Shown: in pieces, positions 12,431-25,485 of the stretch | Layout of the letters: every line of letters starts with the position of its first letter | How positions within the stretch are numbered: the stretch's first letter is position 1 | Assembly (NCBI RefSeq): GCF_018350175.1 | Contig: NC_058382.1 | Location: forward strand, 58,468,001 to 58,532,000 | Direction of reading: 5' to 3' | Source of the DNA: Felis catus | Taxonomy: Eukaryota | DNA length: 64,000 nt | Translations under genes and position numbers: made by a program | The notes under the pieces: generated by a model | Seen by the model: the letters and a program-made list of their open reading frames with translations, nothing else | Told to the model about the DNA's origin: nothing | The model's database searches: none

Positions 12431-14194
12431 ACGTTCCATCTGCTTGCTCACGGCGGCGTTCGGGGACTTAGAAAGGGACGTTGGTTGATTATCCTTAAAT
12501 TTAAAGTTTGTCTCCTTTGATCCATTCCTATCCACTTGCAGGCCGTGCGTTTGTCCAGAAGAGAGGGAGAAAGACCAACGCTGCATTCTAACCACGGGGG
12601 CTTTCCGGCCAGGCTCAGGGCAACGTGCTTGGTCAAGCACGTGGCCTCCTCACGCGACTTCATGACGAGGGCAGCGCCAGGCCTGGGGAGCTGGGCGCTG
12701 GGGGTGTGACCCCTCCGTGAAGGCCCTGCCTGTAGTCAGACCTCGCCCCTGTCTCGGCAGCCAGGCCCCCTGTCTTCTGGTTGCTTCCGTTCTCCCAGTG
12801 GTACAGGAACCGGAGGCTTGAGGGGAGAACGTCTGAGATAGTTGTCCAGAGAGAGGAAAAGGTTAGAGAAGTGGTATGGCCACTGGACAGCAGGAAGGCT
12901 GGCCAAGGGTCATGGACCGCATAGCCGCCTGCCCGCCCCCTGCAGCCGCGTTCGGACTCTGGGCCGGGGATGGAGAGAGCAGAGGGTGGCGTTTAGCCAG
13001 GCGTGGTGTTTGCTGAGCGGGTAATGCTGTGGGGGCAGGTTCCCCTTCCTTTTCTGTGGAGCCGGAGGGACCCCTCCCCGCGCGTTGAGGGTGCCCGGGT
13101 CGGAGGTGGGGGTGGAGGACCTTACGTACATCCAGAACGTCCCCAGCCTTCCCGCCAGAGCCCAGCTAGACCGAAATGTCCTTTCCTTCAAGGCTGCCGC
13201 TGATATTCGTCTGACCCCGTGCACCACGTGGCGGGGGTTGAGGGGTAGGTGGGGGGTGGGCGTGGGCACCGAGCGCCAGAAGCTCTCTGTCCCGGCCCCG
13301 ATCCCTCCACTGGGGACTCTTGTCCGAAGAGAGAACTTACCGTGAACCATCTTCATCTTGAAGGCAAAATCCTCCCATCATATGCGTGCGTCTGGCGCAG
13401 GTGTCCACTACGTGCCCAAGAGATGGGGTTCACGAAGTAACTATACGACCTCGAGACTTGCTTTCTCACTGGACTCGATCGGCTGGGACGGGGATACGTC
13501 AATACACGGTGTCCAACAAGCTCAGACCTGGGGATTGTGACCGAGCCTGGTCCGTCTCTGCCCCCGAAGACAGGCGACGGGGGAAAACCAGGGTGGAGGG
13601 CTTGAAGACCAGGGTTCTGTCTGTGCGCAGATCGCTCCTGACAGGTGTGACCTCCGCGCCTTTTATGGGCCACGTTGTGACTCAGGCAGCCCGAGGGACT
13701 CCCCCGTTTTCCGACCGTGGTAGGTCCCGCTGAAAGGAAGTAAGTGCTGCCCCATAATTCAGTTTCCTTTCTTGTCAACTTCTTGTGAATCCTGCTGCTC
13801 TGATACTTGGAGCAGGTGGGGAAAGCCCTTCCTAGGAAATTTTTGGTGCTGTGGGGTCGCTGCTCCTCAGCCTCCCAGAGGGCCAGGGCGGGGGCAGGTG
13901 GAGGGGGGCAGGTGGAGGGCAGGGCAGGGTGTCCTCGAGTTGCAGGTCCCTGGCCACGCCCAAGGGAACGTGGGTGATGCCTGGCAGACAGGGACTCACC
14001 CGGGGACCGCGGCACTCTCGTTTCAGAAGCCACGGGCCTCTCCTTGGGACCCCGTGCTGGGAGTGGTCTCGCGTGGGAGGGCCAAGGGGGCGTCTGTGGT
14101 CTGGGGGCAGGTTTGAAGGAAGCAGGGAGAGGGAAGAGGCGGAGAAGAGGGGAAGAGAACTAGAGGGACTGAACCAAAGGGAAGAAACCAAGCT

Positions 14195-14380
14195 TAGTGG
14201 TTTTTAACTGGGTGCCTCTGGGGACGCTGGGCGATGTCTGGACACAGTGGCAGTTGTCACGACTGGGGGAGGGGTGCCGCTGGCACCCAATGGGTGGAAG
14301 CCCTTCCCAGCGCACAGGACGTTCCCCCCCCGCCCCCCACCACAAAGAATGACCCGGCCCCAAATGTCAGCAGAGCCTTG
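14195..14380. mobile_element. MER20-like hAT transposon relic
   Basis: agtggtttttaactgg...gatgtctggacac...ttgtcacgactgggg...acaaagaatgacccggccccaaatgtca. Confidence 0.7.
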
Positions 14381-16544
14381 AAGTGACTCCAGAGACCGGC
14401 TGAGCCTGGAGGGCAAGGACCCCGTTGGTGTCCGACCGAGCTCTGTGGGAAAACCCATCTGACTGGGAACTTCTCCAATGGAAAAAGCTCCCCCCTTTCT
14501 CCCCTTGAGCCGCAACTGGTGTGTGTGCTGTGGCCTTTGGGCATACTGTGGAAATGGAAAAGTTAAGTTCAGCTCTCAGCTCTGACTTGGATCTTTTTCG
14601 TTTGAAGCATCCTGGCTGGTCTCCGCCTATCCAGGCAGGAGAGGGTACCGTCAGTCACTGGCCCCTCCATACGATGGCCGTACAGCTGCTGCCTCCCGCC
14701 GCATAGTCACGGAGCTGCCTTTCCCGCACTCGTGGCGTAGCGCCTCCTGTGGCTTTGGGGGGTCCTAGGTGCGGGGGTGCAGGGGGATGGCCCTACTGGT
14801 GAGGGGCTCCCCGGTGACCGCTCACACCAGCCCGCCTTGCTGAGCGCGTCTCCCGTTAGCTGGGCTCTCACCGTGAGGGTGGCATCTCGCTGGCCGTGAA
14901 CTGCGCCGTGACCGCTCAGTCCCGCACAGGCTGCCCTCTGGCTCCGCGTGGGATCTGGTGGGGGTGGAGTGCGGGGGAGGGGGGAGCTGGCACAGCCTCT
15001 CTGTCTCGTCCAGCCCAGCCCCTTCCAGGAGGAGGCTGAGGCCCCTCGATGCAGGGGTAAGGAAAAGAGGCCGGAGCAGGAGCGAACCCCAAGGCGGCGT
15101 GTGGACTGGGCATCCAGGGAGGCACACGGCCAGGACTCGTCGGAGGCGGGCGTTTGTGGGGAACAGCTAAGACGCCCAGACGACCTTCACTGGGGCTGCA
15201 GCCGGGTGGCGAGGGCAACACAGTGTCCTGAGGACTGGCTCACGGGCCAGCGCTATTCGCAGGGGACAGACAGTCAGGGGGAGGTGCCGCGCCCAGTCTT
15301 GGGGTGCGCCAGGCCACTGCCGAGGGTGAGCGATGACTTCCGGGAAGCCGCGATCTGAGCTGTGCACCTGGCACCGTCATTCCCTTCTACCTTCCGTGTG
15401 TGTCACCCGCGATGGGCCCACGGAGGGCCCCTCTGTCCCCGGGACGGCCCTTGATGTAAACGTTCGCGAGGTGTCACCGGAAAACGGAGGATGAGGACCG
15501 TGTGAGCACACACAGGGGGCCGGGGCTCCGGGTCAGGGGTGTGCGCTGGGGAACACAGCTTGGAAAGTACGTGCCGAAAGGGCAGCCGGGAGCCAAACCC
15601 CCTTGGAGCATGTGGTCACGCTCCTCCCTCTAATCAGTAGCAAAACCGGCGTGGGGGCCGGCGGTGGGGCTGGGGGTGGGGGGAGGCATCGGGAAAACTT
15701 TGAAAATTCTCCACCACGTTCTGCTTTCACCCACTTAAACCCAGAGGAATCCTCCGGCAAAACGAAACTGAAATCTCGCTTCCCCACTGACCGTCTCCCG
15801 GGGACTCGCCCTTGAGTGGCCGCGGGTCAGCTCTGTCAATGCCTCGTTCAGGCACAGTGAAATCCACCTGAAACCTCAAGTGCACAACCGGTGGGTCTTG
15901 ACGAACCCAAGCGCCCGTGTGAGCCCCGCGATCACGACGTGAGACGTTTCCATCGTCCTACAGTCCCTTGCCTCATCTCCTCCCTCCAGCCCCAGCTCCC
16001 TGGCAGGTCCCCATCTGCTCTCTCTCTCTCTGCGTTTGGCCTTTTAGCAAATAGGTGTCTATACCTGGAATCTCAGGGGGGGTCGTCTTTTATATCTGGC
16101 TTTTAAAACGTAACGTAACGCTTTTCAGGTTCGTCCGCTGTCGTGCGCCTCGGGAACTCTTCCCTTCGATAGCTAAATGCCGCCCCGAGGTGTGGCGACA
16201 CCACGGTGCATCGGTCCGCCCGCCAGTTAAATGGCCACTTGGCTTGCTTCCAGGGTTTGGAGACTCCAAATAACGCTGCTACAAACATTCGATTTCAAGT
16301 ATGAATACGGGCATCTCTTTTCTGATTTTGTGGTAAATGCCTATAAATGGAATTGCTGGGTCATAGGGCCAGTTTATGTTTGACTCTTAGGAAGCGCCAC
16401 ACTGTTTTCCAGAGCGGCCCCGCCTGCCGTCTTCCTTCCCACCAGGAATGGATGAGATTCCTGGCTGGTGGCTCCCAGGCCTTGCCATCTGGCTTTAATT
16501 TTAACCATTTCGCTTTGTGTGTTTTTTAAAATTTTTTATTTTAT

Positions 16545-16786
16545 GTTTTACTTTTTCTTTCTTTCTTTTTTTTTTTTTTTTTTTAGTTTTTATTTACCTT
16601 TGAGACAGAGAGAGACAGAGCATGAGAGGGGGAGGGGCAGGGAGAGAGGGAGACACAGAATCGGAAACAGGCTCCAGGCTCCGAGCCATCAGCCCAGAGC
16701 CTGACGCGGGGCTCGAACCCACGGACCGCGAGATCGTGACCTGGCTGAAGTCGGACGCTTAACCGACTGCGCCACCCAGGCGCCCC
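16545..16786 (-). mobile_element. Carnivore SINE (young SINEC_Fc-like)
   Basis: Poly-T, (GA)n, ...gcttaaccgactgcgccacccaggcgcccc with CpGs retained. Confidence 0.93.
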
Positions 16787-17029
16787 CTGTGTATCTTTTT
16801 TGGTGAAATGTCTGTTTGGAGTGTTTGGTCATTTTTTAAAAACTGAGTTTTTTTTTTAATGATTAAGTTTCTGCTTCTTGATGTCTTAAGAAAACGTTGC
16901 TTAGCCTAAGGTCACTTAGATTTTCTCCTGTGTTTCTTCTAGAAGTTTTTAGTTGTAGCTCTTACATTTATGCCTTAGGCTTTTCTGAGTTCATTTTTTG
17001 TATATGAAATGAGTCATGGCTCATTTTAC

Positions 17030-17251
17030 TTTTTTATTATTTTTTTTAATGTTTAGTTTTGAAGGAGAGAGAGACAGAGCACGAGTGGGGGTGGGGCAGA
17101 GAGAGAGAGAGGGAGACACAGAATCCGAAACAGGCTCCAGGCTCTGAGCCATCACCACAGAGCCCGATGCGGGGCTCGAAACTCACAAACGGCCAGATCG
17201 TGACCTGAGCCGAAGTCAGACGCTTAACCGACTGAGCCACCCAGGCGCCCC
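17030..17251 (-). mobile_element. Carnivore SINE
   Basis: Ends in ccgactgagccacccaggcgcccc; poly-T at the left. Confidence 0.93.
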
Positions 17252-18581
17252 CATTTAAAAATTTCTATCTAGATGCCCAACCCTTTTGGTACCATTAGCT
17301 GAAAAGATTACTCTTTGTTCATTGAATTGCCTTGGCTCCTCTGTAGAAAATTAATTGGCTACATGTATGTGGATCTATTTCTAGACTCTCTTCTGTTTTG
17401 ACTTGACTAGAAAAAGCAAGACTGGAGTGTATATACAGGGCCTGTCATGAAAACAATTCAGACTTTATCAGATAGCGTATTTATCTGGGACGCCAGTTAG
17501 AATATTGCCGTTCCCTCTGAAGACTGTAGTCTGATTTTGTGCAAGTTTGTAGTGCACTTTGGCCAAAGCATTAGTAGCTGGGCCCCCTTTAAATATTGTG
17601 ACTTAGAGAAACGAGTGGCCAAAGTGGTCTAGCGACCTTAGAGAATGAGGCAGAACAATCTGAAATACATACCTTGCTCCTATGTCTGCGTTTCTTTCTC
17701 TTCTACAACTCCCAGCTCAGGGAGTATCCAGAAAAACCTCCGACTCAAAGTTTGGGAGGTGGGCGTTGGTTTCAAACACAGGTCTCCTTGTCGTGCACCT
17801 TAGTGACGCGTCCCGATTTCCAGAAATACCTTAGGTTTCCTTCACTTATCCAAACGTCAGGCCCGAGTCTACGTAGGTGAATTTCTGTTCCTTGGCGTGG
17901 TAATTAACACAAAAGTTCGTCCGCTGTGGGTAATCTCACGTTCCACAAGCAGCTCATCCCATTTCCACCTGGCGGCCTGGGGACACGCACCGCTGTGCAT
18001 AAGGGGAAAGGCATAAAGCCCTGTTTTCATATTCCTATGTAATAGTCTTTAGCGAATGCACTGAAACATACAGATGCTCTCATACTGTTTTCTGCTTTTA
18101 TATCTGATGCCTTTTTTATCACATATGGTAGCTGTCCGGGGCTTCTACTTTGTTGTGGTTCAAAGACCAGTAGGAAAAAAAAAAAAAACCCGTTGTGTTG
18201 GGGAGTTGGCACTTTGACGTTGTAATAAGGTCATTTCGAAAACCAGCCATCATACAGTGGTATCATTATTCGTAAAAGAAAGGATATTTTCGCTCTGAAT
18301 TATGAGGGCTAGTTCAGACTGGCGTTGTGTATGAGCCAGTGTTTGAGAGCTTTCAGGGAAACCCGCCGAAAGGACGTCAGGCTGGAATCAGTCTCAGGAT
18401 GAGAAACGGGGGTCTGTGACTTTCTTCACGGAGCTGTTCGCTCTCTGAGGCTCGGTGTTCTCACCTGATGAGTTTTAAAGGTTAACCACACCTCATTTCT
18501 AAACGGAAGCTACTCCCAATTTTTACATGACCCCTTTCTCAGCTTTCTGGCCCATCAGGATTTTAAAATGACTGAGGGTTT

Positions 18582-18703
18582 GGGGCACCTGGGTGGCTCG
18601 GTTACATGTCCAGCTGTTGATGTCGGCTCAGGTCATGATCTCATGATCTTTATGGCATCGAGCCCCGCGTTGGGCTCTGTGCTGACAGTGTGGAGCCTGC
18701 TCG

Positions 18704-18747
<44 letters not shown>

Positions 18748-18800
18748 GCTCCACGTCGCACTTGGGCTCTGTCTCTCAAAATAAATAAATATAACTTAAA
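18582..18800 (+). mobile_element. Carnivore SINE with expanded (CT)n
   Basis: GGGGCACCTGGGTGGCTC head, (CT)n at about 18710-18744, AATAAATAAAT tail. Confidence 0.9.
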
Positions 18801-20494
18801 AATCTTGCCCGTTTACCTGGAGAAAAACCAGCGTCCCCTTTTCATCCCACTTACGAATAGGAACCCTTTGCCAATCCTTTATCAGACTGATAAAGCAGGA
18901 GGGGTAGGGGTAACCCAAAAGCAAGGGAAAGCCGTAGGCGTTGACACACAGCCGTGGACAGCAGAGCGAACCAGTGACACAATCACGGGCATGCCTGAAA
19001 GTCCGCCGAACAAAATTTGTGATCATAAACCTCCCCGCTTACGAATAGAATCCCTATAGTTTGTTTCTACTGAAATCCAGGTAAGAATATACTGTATGTC
19101 AAAAGAATTCTTTATAAGCACGACTCCAGGTCAGCTCATGGTCACGTGTTGGGGAGAGAAGCCGTGTCTGGGGTGTCACAGAAGATAGCCCCACTTCAGT
19201 TTTTGAAAGCAATTCGAATGGGAGCTAATTTGGTCTCCGTATAAGAGTTCTCTGGACATTAAACTGTTAAAAAAACACTGATTTCTGGAATAATGCAAAG
19301 AGGCTGTCAAAGGTGTTCTAGAGGGGATTCCTACAAGGGGTGGGAAGTTATGTTAGGTCACCCTGTGGTCCTTTCCAACACAAAGAGCAGATGATTTCAT
19401 GATCTGGAAGAACCTGGAATTGTTTGTTGGCTGTCTTGCTCTGATGGCTCAACCCCCATCCCTGTTGCCCTGCCCAGTGTTTCCCAAGAGACAGATGTGT
19501 GACATCAGAGCTGGAAGCCTCCCCCCAGCTCTCTGTGCCTCGCCTGCTTGGCCAGCCTTGGGGGTTGCGAGGGGGTTGGGGCCGGGTACCGCGCCCAGCC
19601 CTCCTCCCTGCTTCCGCACCTGCCGATCTTCCTGATTCTTCCTTATCATCACTTCTTTTCAGCCGAACTTCTGATGGAGAGGTGGGGCTGTGCCCCCGCG
19701 ACTGTCTGGGTCTAGGAGTCCATGCTCCCCGCCGCTCAGCTGACGTTTTCTGGGTTACGACGCCGGCCGAGCATGCGTCATGCGGGACACACACAGACGG
19801 GGAGCCGGAGAGAGTGGGAACAGTTGATTTGTCCAGTGGTAGAGTGGCGAGTGGTTTGCTCTGTTCCTTTGTAAACTTTGATATTGAGGAGTCATTGATC
19901 TTTAATTATGGGAAAGTTGCTGTAAGAGAGAGAGACAGAAGTGGGTACGGACCCCAGCCTTTGTCTCCCAGTTCAGAAAAAATGGCCCTTGAGAGCAGGA
20001 GGCTGAAGGGCAGCCTGGTCCCTTGTGACTGGGCGAAACTTAGAAAATAAAAGTGGAATCACTTCACCCGGTTTTTGAGGCGTTAGTCATCATGATTAAA
20101 AAAGGAAGTCAGACATATAAATGGTGGAAAGAGTGGATGGGTGATGTAAACACCACGTGTCATAATATTCACCAATAAGTGACATTAATCGCAGTAAAAG
20201 CGATCGACGGGGTGGCTGTTCACAAAACGCGTATTCAGAAATCTCTGTTTTCCCTTTAAGCCAAGAATGATAATTTAAAAATTGTAGTGGAAAAGAAAAC
20301 ATTTCATCCACAGTAACAACAAAATGCATAAAAATCCATAAAAAGTTGTCACAAAAATTGTGCAGGACCCACACTGAAAAAAATATTGATGACTCCATTC
20401 AAGGGCATAAAAAACGACTTGTTCTTGGATAGAGAATTTAATTTAATTGGTTTTAATTTAACACAGAAAAAAACTTACTATTGAAAATACATCC

Positions 20495-20926
20495 AGGCAC
20501 CTGGGTGGCTCAGTCGGTTAAGTGTACAACTCTTTTTTTTTTTTAATGTTTATTTATCTTTGACAGACAGAGACAGAACATGAGTGGGGGAGGGGCAGAG
20601 AGAGGGGAAGACACAGAACCCGAAGCAGGCTCCAGGCTCCGAGCTGTCAGCACAGAGCCTGACGTGGGGCTCGAACTCACAGACTGCGAGATCATGACCT
20701 GAGCTGAAGTCGGAGGCTTAACCGACTGAGCCACCCAGGCTCCCCGTGTTCAACTCTTGATTTCTACTCAGGTCATGATCTCAGGGTTCACGAGATCGAG
20801 CCCGCCCTGCGTCGGGCTCTGCGCTGACAGTGTGGAGCCTGCTAGGGATGCTTTCTCTCCCTCTCTCTCTGCCCCTCCCCTGCTTGCTGGTTCTCTCTCT
20901 CTCAAAATAAATAAATAAATTTAAAG
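20495..20926 (+). mobile_element. Host carnivore SINE split by a nested SINE
   Basis: Head at 20495-20534, resuming at 20746 (caactcttgatttctactcaggtcatgatc) and running to the A tail. Confidence 0.85.
20533..20745 (-). mobile_element. Nested carnivore SINE
   Basis: TSD GTGT(A/T)CAACTCTT at 20522-20534 and 20746-20758. Confidence 0.9.
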
Positions 20927-21817
20927 AAACGTGCACATATGTCAATTCTCCATAAATTATCTCTAAATTCAATGGAGTTCCAAGCCAATTACCTGTGACC
21001 TTTTTTGTTTTTAACACAATTGTTTTAAAGTTTATCTGTAAGACTCTACATGGAAATATGACTAGCAAGCATGTGTGTTTTGCTAGCTTCTACAAAATTT
21101 ATTGTAAAGTGTGTATGTGAGTGTACAGGTCTTCACGGTTTGACAAATGCCTATGGTTTTCTAACGGCGAACACGTCAGGATACAGAACAGTTCCACCCC
21201 CCCGTTCCCCACGCTGCCCCACGCTGTCACACCCTCCCTCCATCCTTCATCCAAGGCAACCATGGACCTCTTGTCTCTCCCTGTAGTTTCACCATTTCGG
21301 AAATGTCATATCATCCGGATCATACAGAATGTAATCTCTTGGGTCTGGCTTCTTTCACGTAACATGGTTGAGATTCATCTACGTTGTGTGTAATCGGTAA
21401 TTTATTCCTTTTCAGTGCTGAGTAGTATTCCACTGTATGGACATATACCATATATCACACCACAGTGTGATTTTTTCTCTTTAGTCTGTTAAAGTGGCGG
21501 ATTACATGTTGATCTAATCTGATATTGCAGGGGTAAACTCTACTTGGTGATGGTGCATTTTCCTTACTGCTGGCTGTGCTGTGCTAATATTTGGATGAGG
21601 ACTTTTGCATCAAGGATACTGGTCTGTAGACCTCCTTTCGTATGTAGTATTTCTCTGGTTTTGGTATCGGGGTAATGCTGGATGCATAGAATGACTTGGC
21701 AAGTATTTCCTTATCTTTTATTTTCTGGAAGAAACTGTAGAATTTGTATTATTCCTTCTTTAGGTGCTTGATAAAAGCATCTAGCTTTGGGGTTTCTTTC
21801 TTAGAAGGTTTTATTTT

Positions 21818-22039
21818 GGGGACGCCTGGTGGCTCAGCCGGTTAAGTGTCCGACTTGAGCTCAGGTCATGATCACATGGTTCGTGAGTTCAAGCCCCATG
21901 TCGGGCTCTGTGCTGACAGCTCAGGGCCTGGAGCCTGCTTGGGATTCTGTGTCTGCCTCTCTCTCTGCCTCTCCCCTGCTCACACTCTGTCTCTCTCTCT
22001 CTCAAAAATAAATAAACATTAGAAAAACATTTTTAAAAA
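21818..22039 (+). mobile_element. Carnivore SINE with 16-bp TSD
   Basis: TSD AGAAGGTTTTATTTTG at 21803-21818 and 22040-22055. Confidence 0.93.
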
Positions 22040-23535
22040 AGAAGGTTTTATTTTGAAGCTATAAACTCTCTAATAAATATAAGACTATTTAAGTTGTCTG
22101 TTTCCTCTTGCGGGAGCTTTGGTAGTCTGTGTCTTTGAAGGAATTGATCGATTTCACCCAAGTTGTCAAACTTTACCATAGAAATTTTATAATATTTTTC
22201 TGTTCTCCCTTTAATGTCTCTGGGAGCTGTATGCTAGTCTTTATTTTGCTAATACTTGTCTTTCCTCTTTCTTTTTTTCTTCTTGGTCAGTCTGGCTAAA
22301 GGTTTATCAATTTTCCTGGTCTTTTCACAGAACCAACTTTTGGTTTTATTGATTTTGTCTCTCGTTTCTCTGTTTTTAATTCAACTCATACTTGTTCCTA
22401 GTATGACTTTTTTCCTTCTTTTTGCATGCCTTGGGTTTAATTTTCTCGTCTTTTTTTTTTTCTAGTTTCTTAAGGTGGAAGCTTAGATTATTTATTTGAA
22501 AACCTTCTTCTTTTCTAATATAAACATTTGCTATCTCTAAACTTCCCTCCAAGCTCTGCTTTACTGGCATCCCACAAAATTTCATTCTCCTTCCATTCAA
22601 AACATTTATAATTTCCCTTGTGGCTTACTATGTGACCCAGGGATCATTTAGAAGTATGTTGTTTAATTCCTAAATATTTAGGGGGATTTTGTAAACATCT
22701 TTCTGTCATTAATTTGTAGTTTAATTCTGTTATGGGCAAAGAACATGCTTAGTATGATTTGTTTTTGTTTGAGGTTTGTCATTTTAGATTGGTCGTTCTG
22801 TTGTGTGACTCAGGGCATGGTCTACAATGATGAAAGTCCACGTGCACTTGAAAAGAAACCATATCGTGCTGTTGGATGGAGTGCTCTAGAAATGTTAAGG
22901 GGGCCAAGTTGGTTGTTCAGGTCTTCAGACATTTTACACACGCCTTCCCCGCGCTCGTTCCGAGATGCAGTCAGCGTAGGTTCCGCCTCTGGCCCCGTGA
23001 TAGGCTGCACCAGCGACACGGTGGGGGCCGTCGCGCCAGACTCACTCCACCTGCTGCCTACCCCACCCTGGCCCACGAGCTTAGCCCCGACACTGCCGGA
23101 TTCTTCCTGCGTTTTCATTCTTTGCCATTAACGGCTACACACTTAGGACGGTTATGTCGTCTTGAAGAATCAGCCCTTTGTCGCCATGTGTTATTCCTCT
23201 TTATCTTTGGCGATTCCCCTTAATCTGAAGCTATTCTGAGCTAGCTGCTCTAGCTTTCCTTCCTAATAAAAGCAGCTTTAGTGAACTAAGATTCATATAC
23301 CAGAAAATTCACTTAAACTGTACAATTCAGTGTTTTTTAGCGTAAAACATTGTGTTATCAATTTTGTTACACTTACCTACTTTTGTCTCAGTACGTGTAT
23401 CTCTTTTGACACTTAGATAAATGAGATAATGCAATTTGTGTTTTTTGTGTCTGGCTGCCTTCACTTCGCATATTTTCCGGAGTCATCCATGTTATGGCAT
23501 GTGTCAGTACCTCATTGCTTTATTTTTTCATTAAA

Positions 23536-23746
23536 TTTTTTTTTAAGTTTATTTATTTTTGAGAGAGAGAAAGAGCACACACATGAGCAGGGACGGGGCA
23601 GAGAGAGAGGGAGAGAGATAATCCCAAGCAGGCGCTGTACCGCCAGTACGGAGCTTGATGAGTGGCTTGAACCCACAAACTATGAGATCATGACCTGAGC
23701 TGAGATCGACAGTCAGATGCTTAACTGACTGAGCCACCCAAGTGCC
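23536..23746 (-). mobile_element. Carnivore SINE
   Basis: Poly-T, GA tract, ...ttaactgactgagccacccaagtgcc. Confidence 0.88.
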
Positions 23747-23995
23747 TCAGTACTTCCTTACTTTATAAGGCTGACTAATATTCCATTGCATGGGTGTATT
23801 TTATTTATCAGTTCATCAGTTGATGGATATTTGGGTTGTTACCAGTTTTTGATTATTCTGAATAATGCTGTTATAAAAATTCATGTACCAGTTTTTGGGT
23901 GAACATAGATTTTCCTTTCTTTTGATTATAGACCTAGGAATACAGTTGCTGGGTCATATGATACCTCTGTGTTTAAATTTGTGAGTAGCTTTCTT

Positions 23996-24211
23996 CTTTT
24001 TTTAACTGTTTATTTATTTGGAGAGGGAGAGAGAAATAGAGTGCAAGTCGGGGAGGGGCAGAGAGGGAGGAAGAGAGAGAATCCCAAATAGGCTCTGTGC
24101 TGTCAGCAAAGAGCCCCGCATGGGGATCGATCCCACGAACTGTGAGGTCATGACCTGAACTGAAATCAAGAGTCAGATGCTCAACCGACTGATTCCCCCG
24201 CCCAGGCGCCC
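23996..24211 (-). mobile_element. Carnivore SINE with 14-bp TSD
   Basis: TSD TGAGTAGCTTTCTT at 23982-23995 and 24213-24226. Confidence 0.9.
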
Positions 24212-24920
24212 ATGAGTAGCTTTCTTTAATTAATGTTTTCATGACATACCCCTAACTTTTAGCCTTTTTATGTCATTAAAGTATGTTCTTTGTAGATAGC
24301 ATATAGTTGGATATTTTAAAAATTCCGTCTGATAATCTCTGTCTTTCAATCCATGTGTTTGACTATTTACATTTAATGTAATTATTGATATAGCTAAAGA
24401 AAGGTCTAGCAGTTTATTATTTGTTTTTTGTTTATTTCTCTGTTTTTTCTTCCTCTTTCTCCTTTCTTAACTTCTGGATTATTTGAATATTTCTTTTAGT
24501 ATTCCACTTTAACTTGTTTATGGATTTTGACTACATTTCTTTGTATCATTTTTAAGCGGTTGCTCTAGGGATTACAATATACATCCATACTTAGGGTTTT
24601 ATCCTGCCTACTTAGGATTGATAATTTACCGCTTCAGGTAAAATGTAGAAAACTTATGATCATAGGTATTACTGTCCTTCCCCCTGTTTTGTGTTGTACT
24701 TGTCAGAAGTACTGTATCTCCTTACACTAAAAGCCTCATCAGAAAACGTTATAGATTTTCCTTTCAACTGTCATTCATAGTTTAAAGAACTCAAACAGAA
24801 TATTTATTAGAGTCACCATTTCTGTTTCCTTTATTCCTGAAGTTCCGAGTTTCCCTCTGTTGTTTTCCTGTCATTTGAATATTTTTCTTAGCATTTCTTT
24901 TACAGAAGGTTTACTGTCAG

Positions 24921-24962
24921 TGGATTCTAGTTTTGTTTCATTGGATTCTAGTTTTGTTTCAT
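24921..24962. repeat. Perfect 21-bp tandem duplication
   Basis: TGGATTCTAGTTTTGTTTCAT x2. Confidence 0.95.
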
Positions 24963-25485
24963 TGAACACTGTCTTTACTTCATTTTTATTTCTTAAAGGT
25001 GTTTCTATTGGATAGAAAATTAAGGGTCAATTGTTATTTTCTTCCAGCACTTAAAAAATGTTTTTCCACTATTTTCTGGCATCCAATGTTTCTGATGAGA
25101 AATCTCCAGTATTTTAGATCGTCGTTCCCTTATATGTAACATATGCCTTTTCTCTGGCTGCTTCCAATAACTTCCCCCTTTATGTTTGGGTTTCAGCAGT
25201 GTGATTATGATATGGCAGGGTGGGGATTTCTTTGGGTTTATCTCTTTAAGATTTATAGTGTTTCTTGAATCTGTACACTTACGCCTTTCACCAGATTTGG
25301 GGAGTTTTTCACTATTTGCTCTTTGAATATTTTTAGCGCCACTTTTCTTCTCCTGCCCTTCTGAGACTTCACTGACATGAATATTAGACCTTTTGATATT
25401 TTCCTACAGTGTCCGAGTCTGTTTATTTTTCAAAACCTTTTTTCTTTCTTTTGTGCAGATTAGATCCTTCCTATTGAGCTATTAA

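Larger units (their letters stand above)
15830..17400 (-). mobile_element. Old L1 (L1M) fragments containing two SINE insertions
   Basis: L1 3'-end antisense motifs: aatggaattgctgggtcatagg, cacactgttttccagag, ttttctcctgtgtttcttctagaagtttt. Confidence 0.7.
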
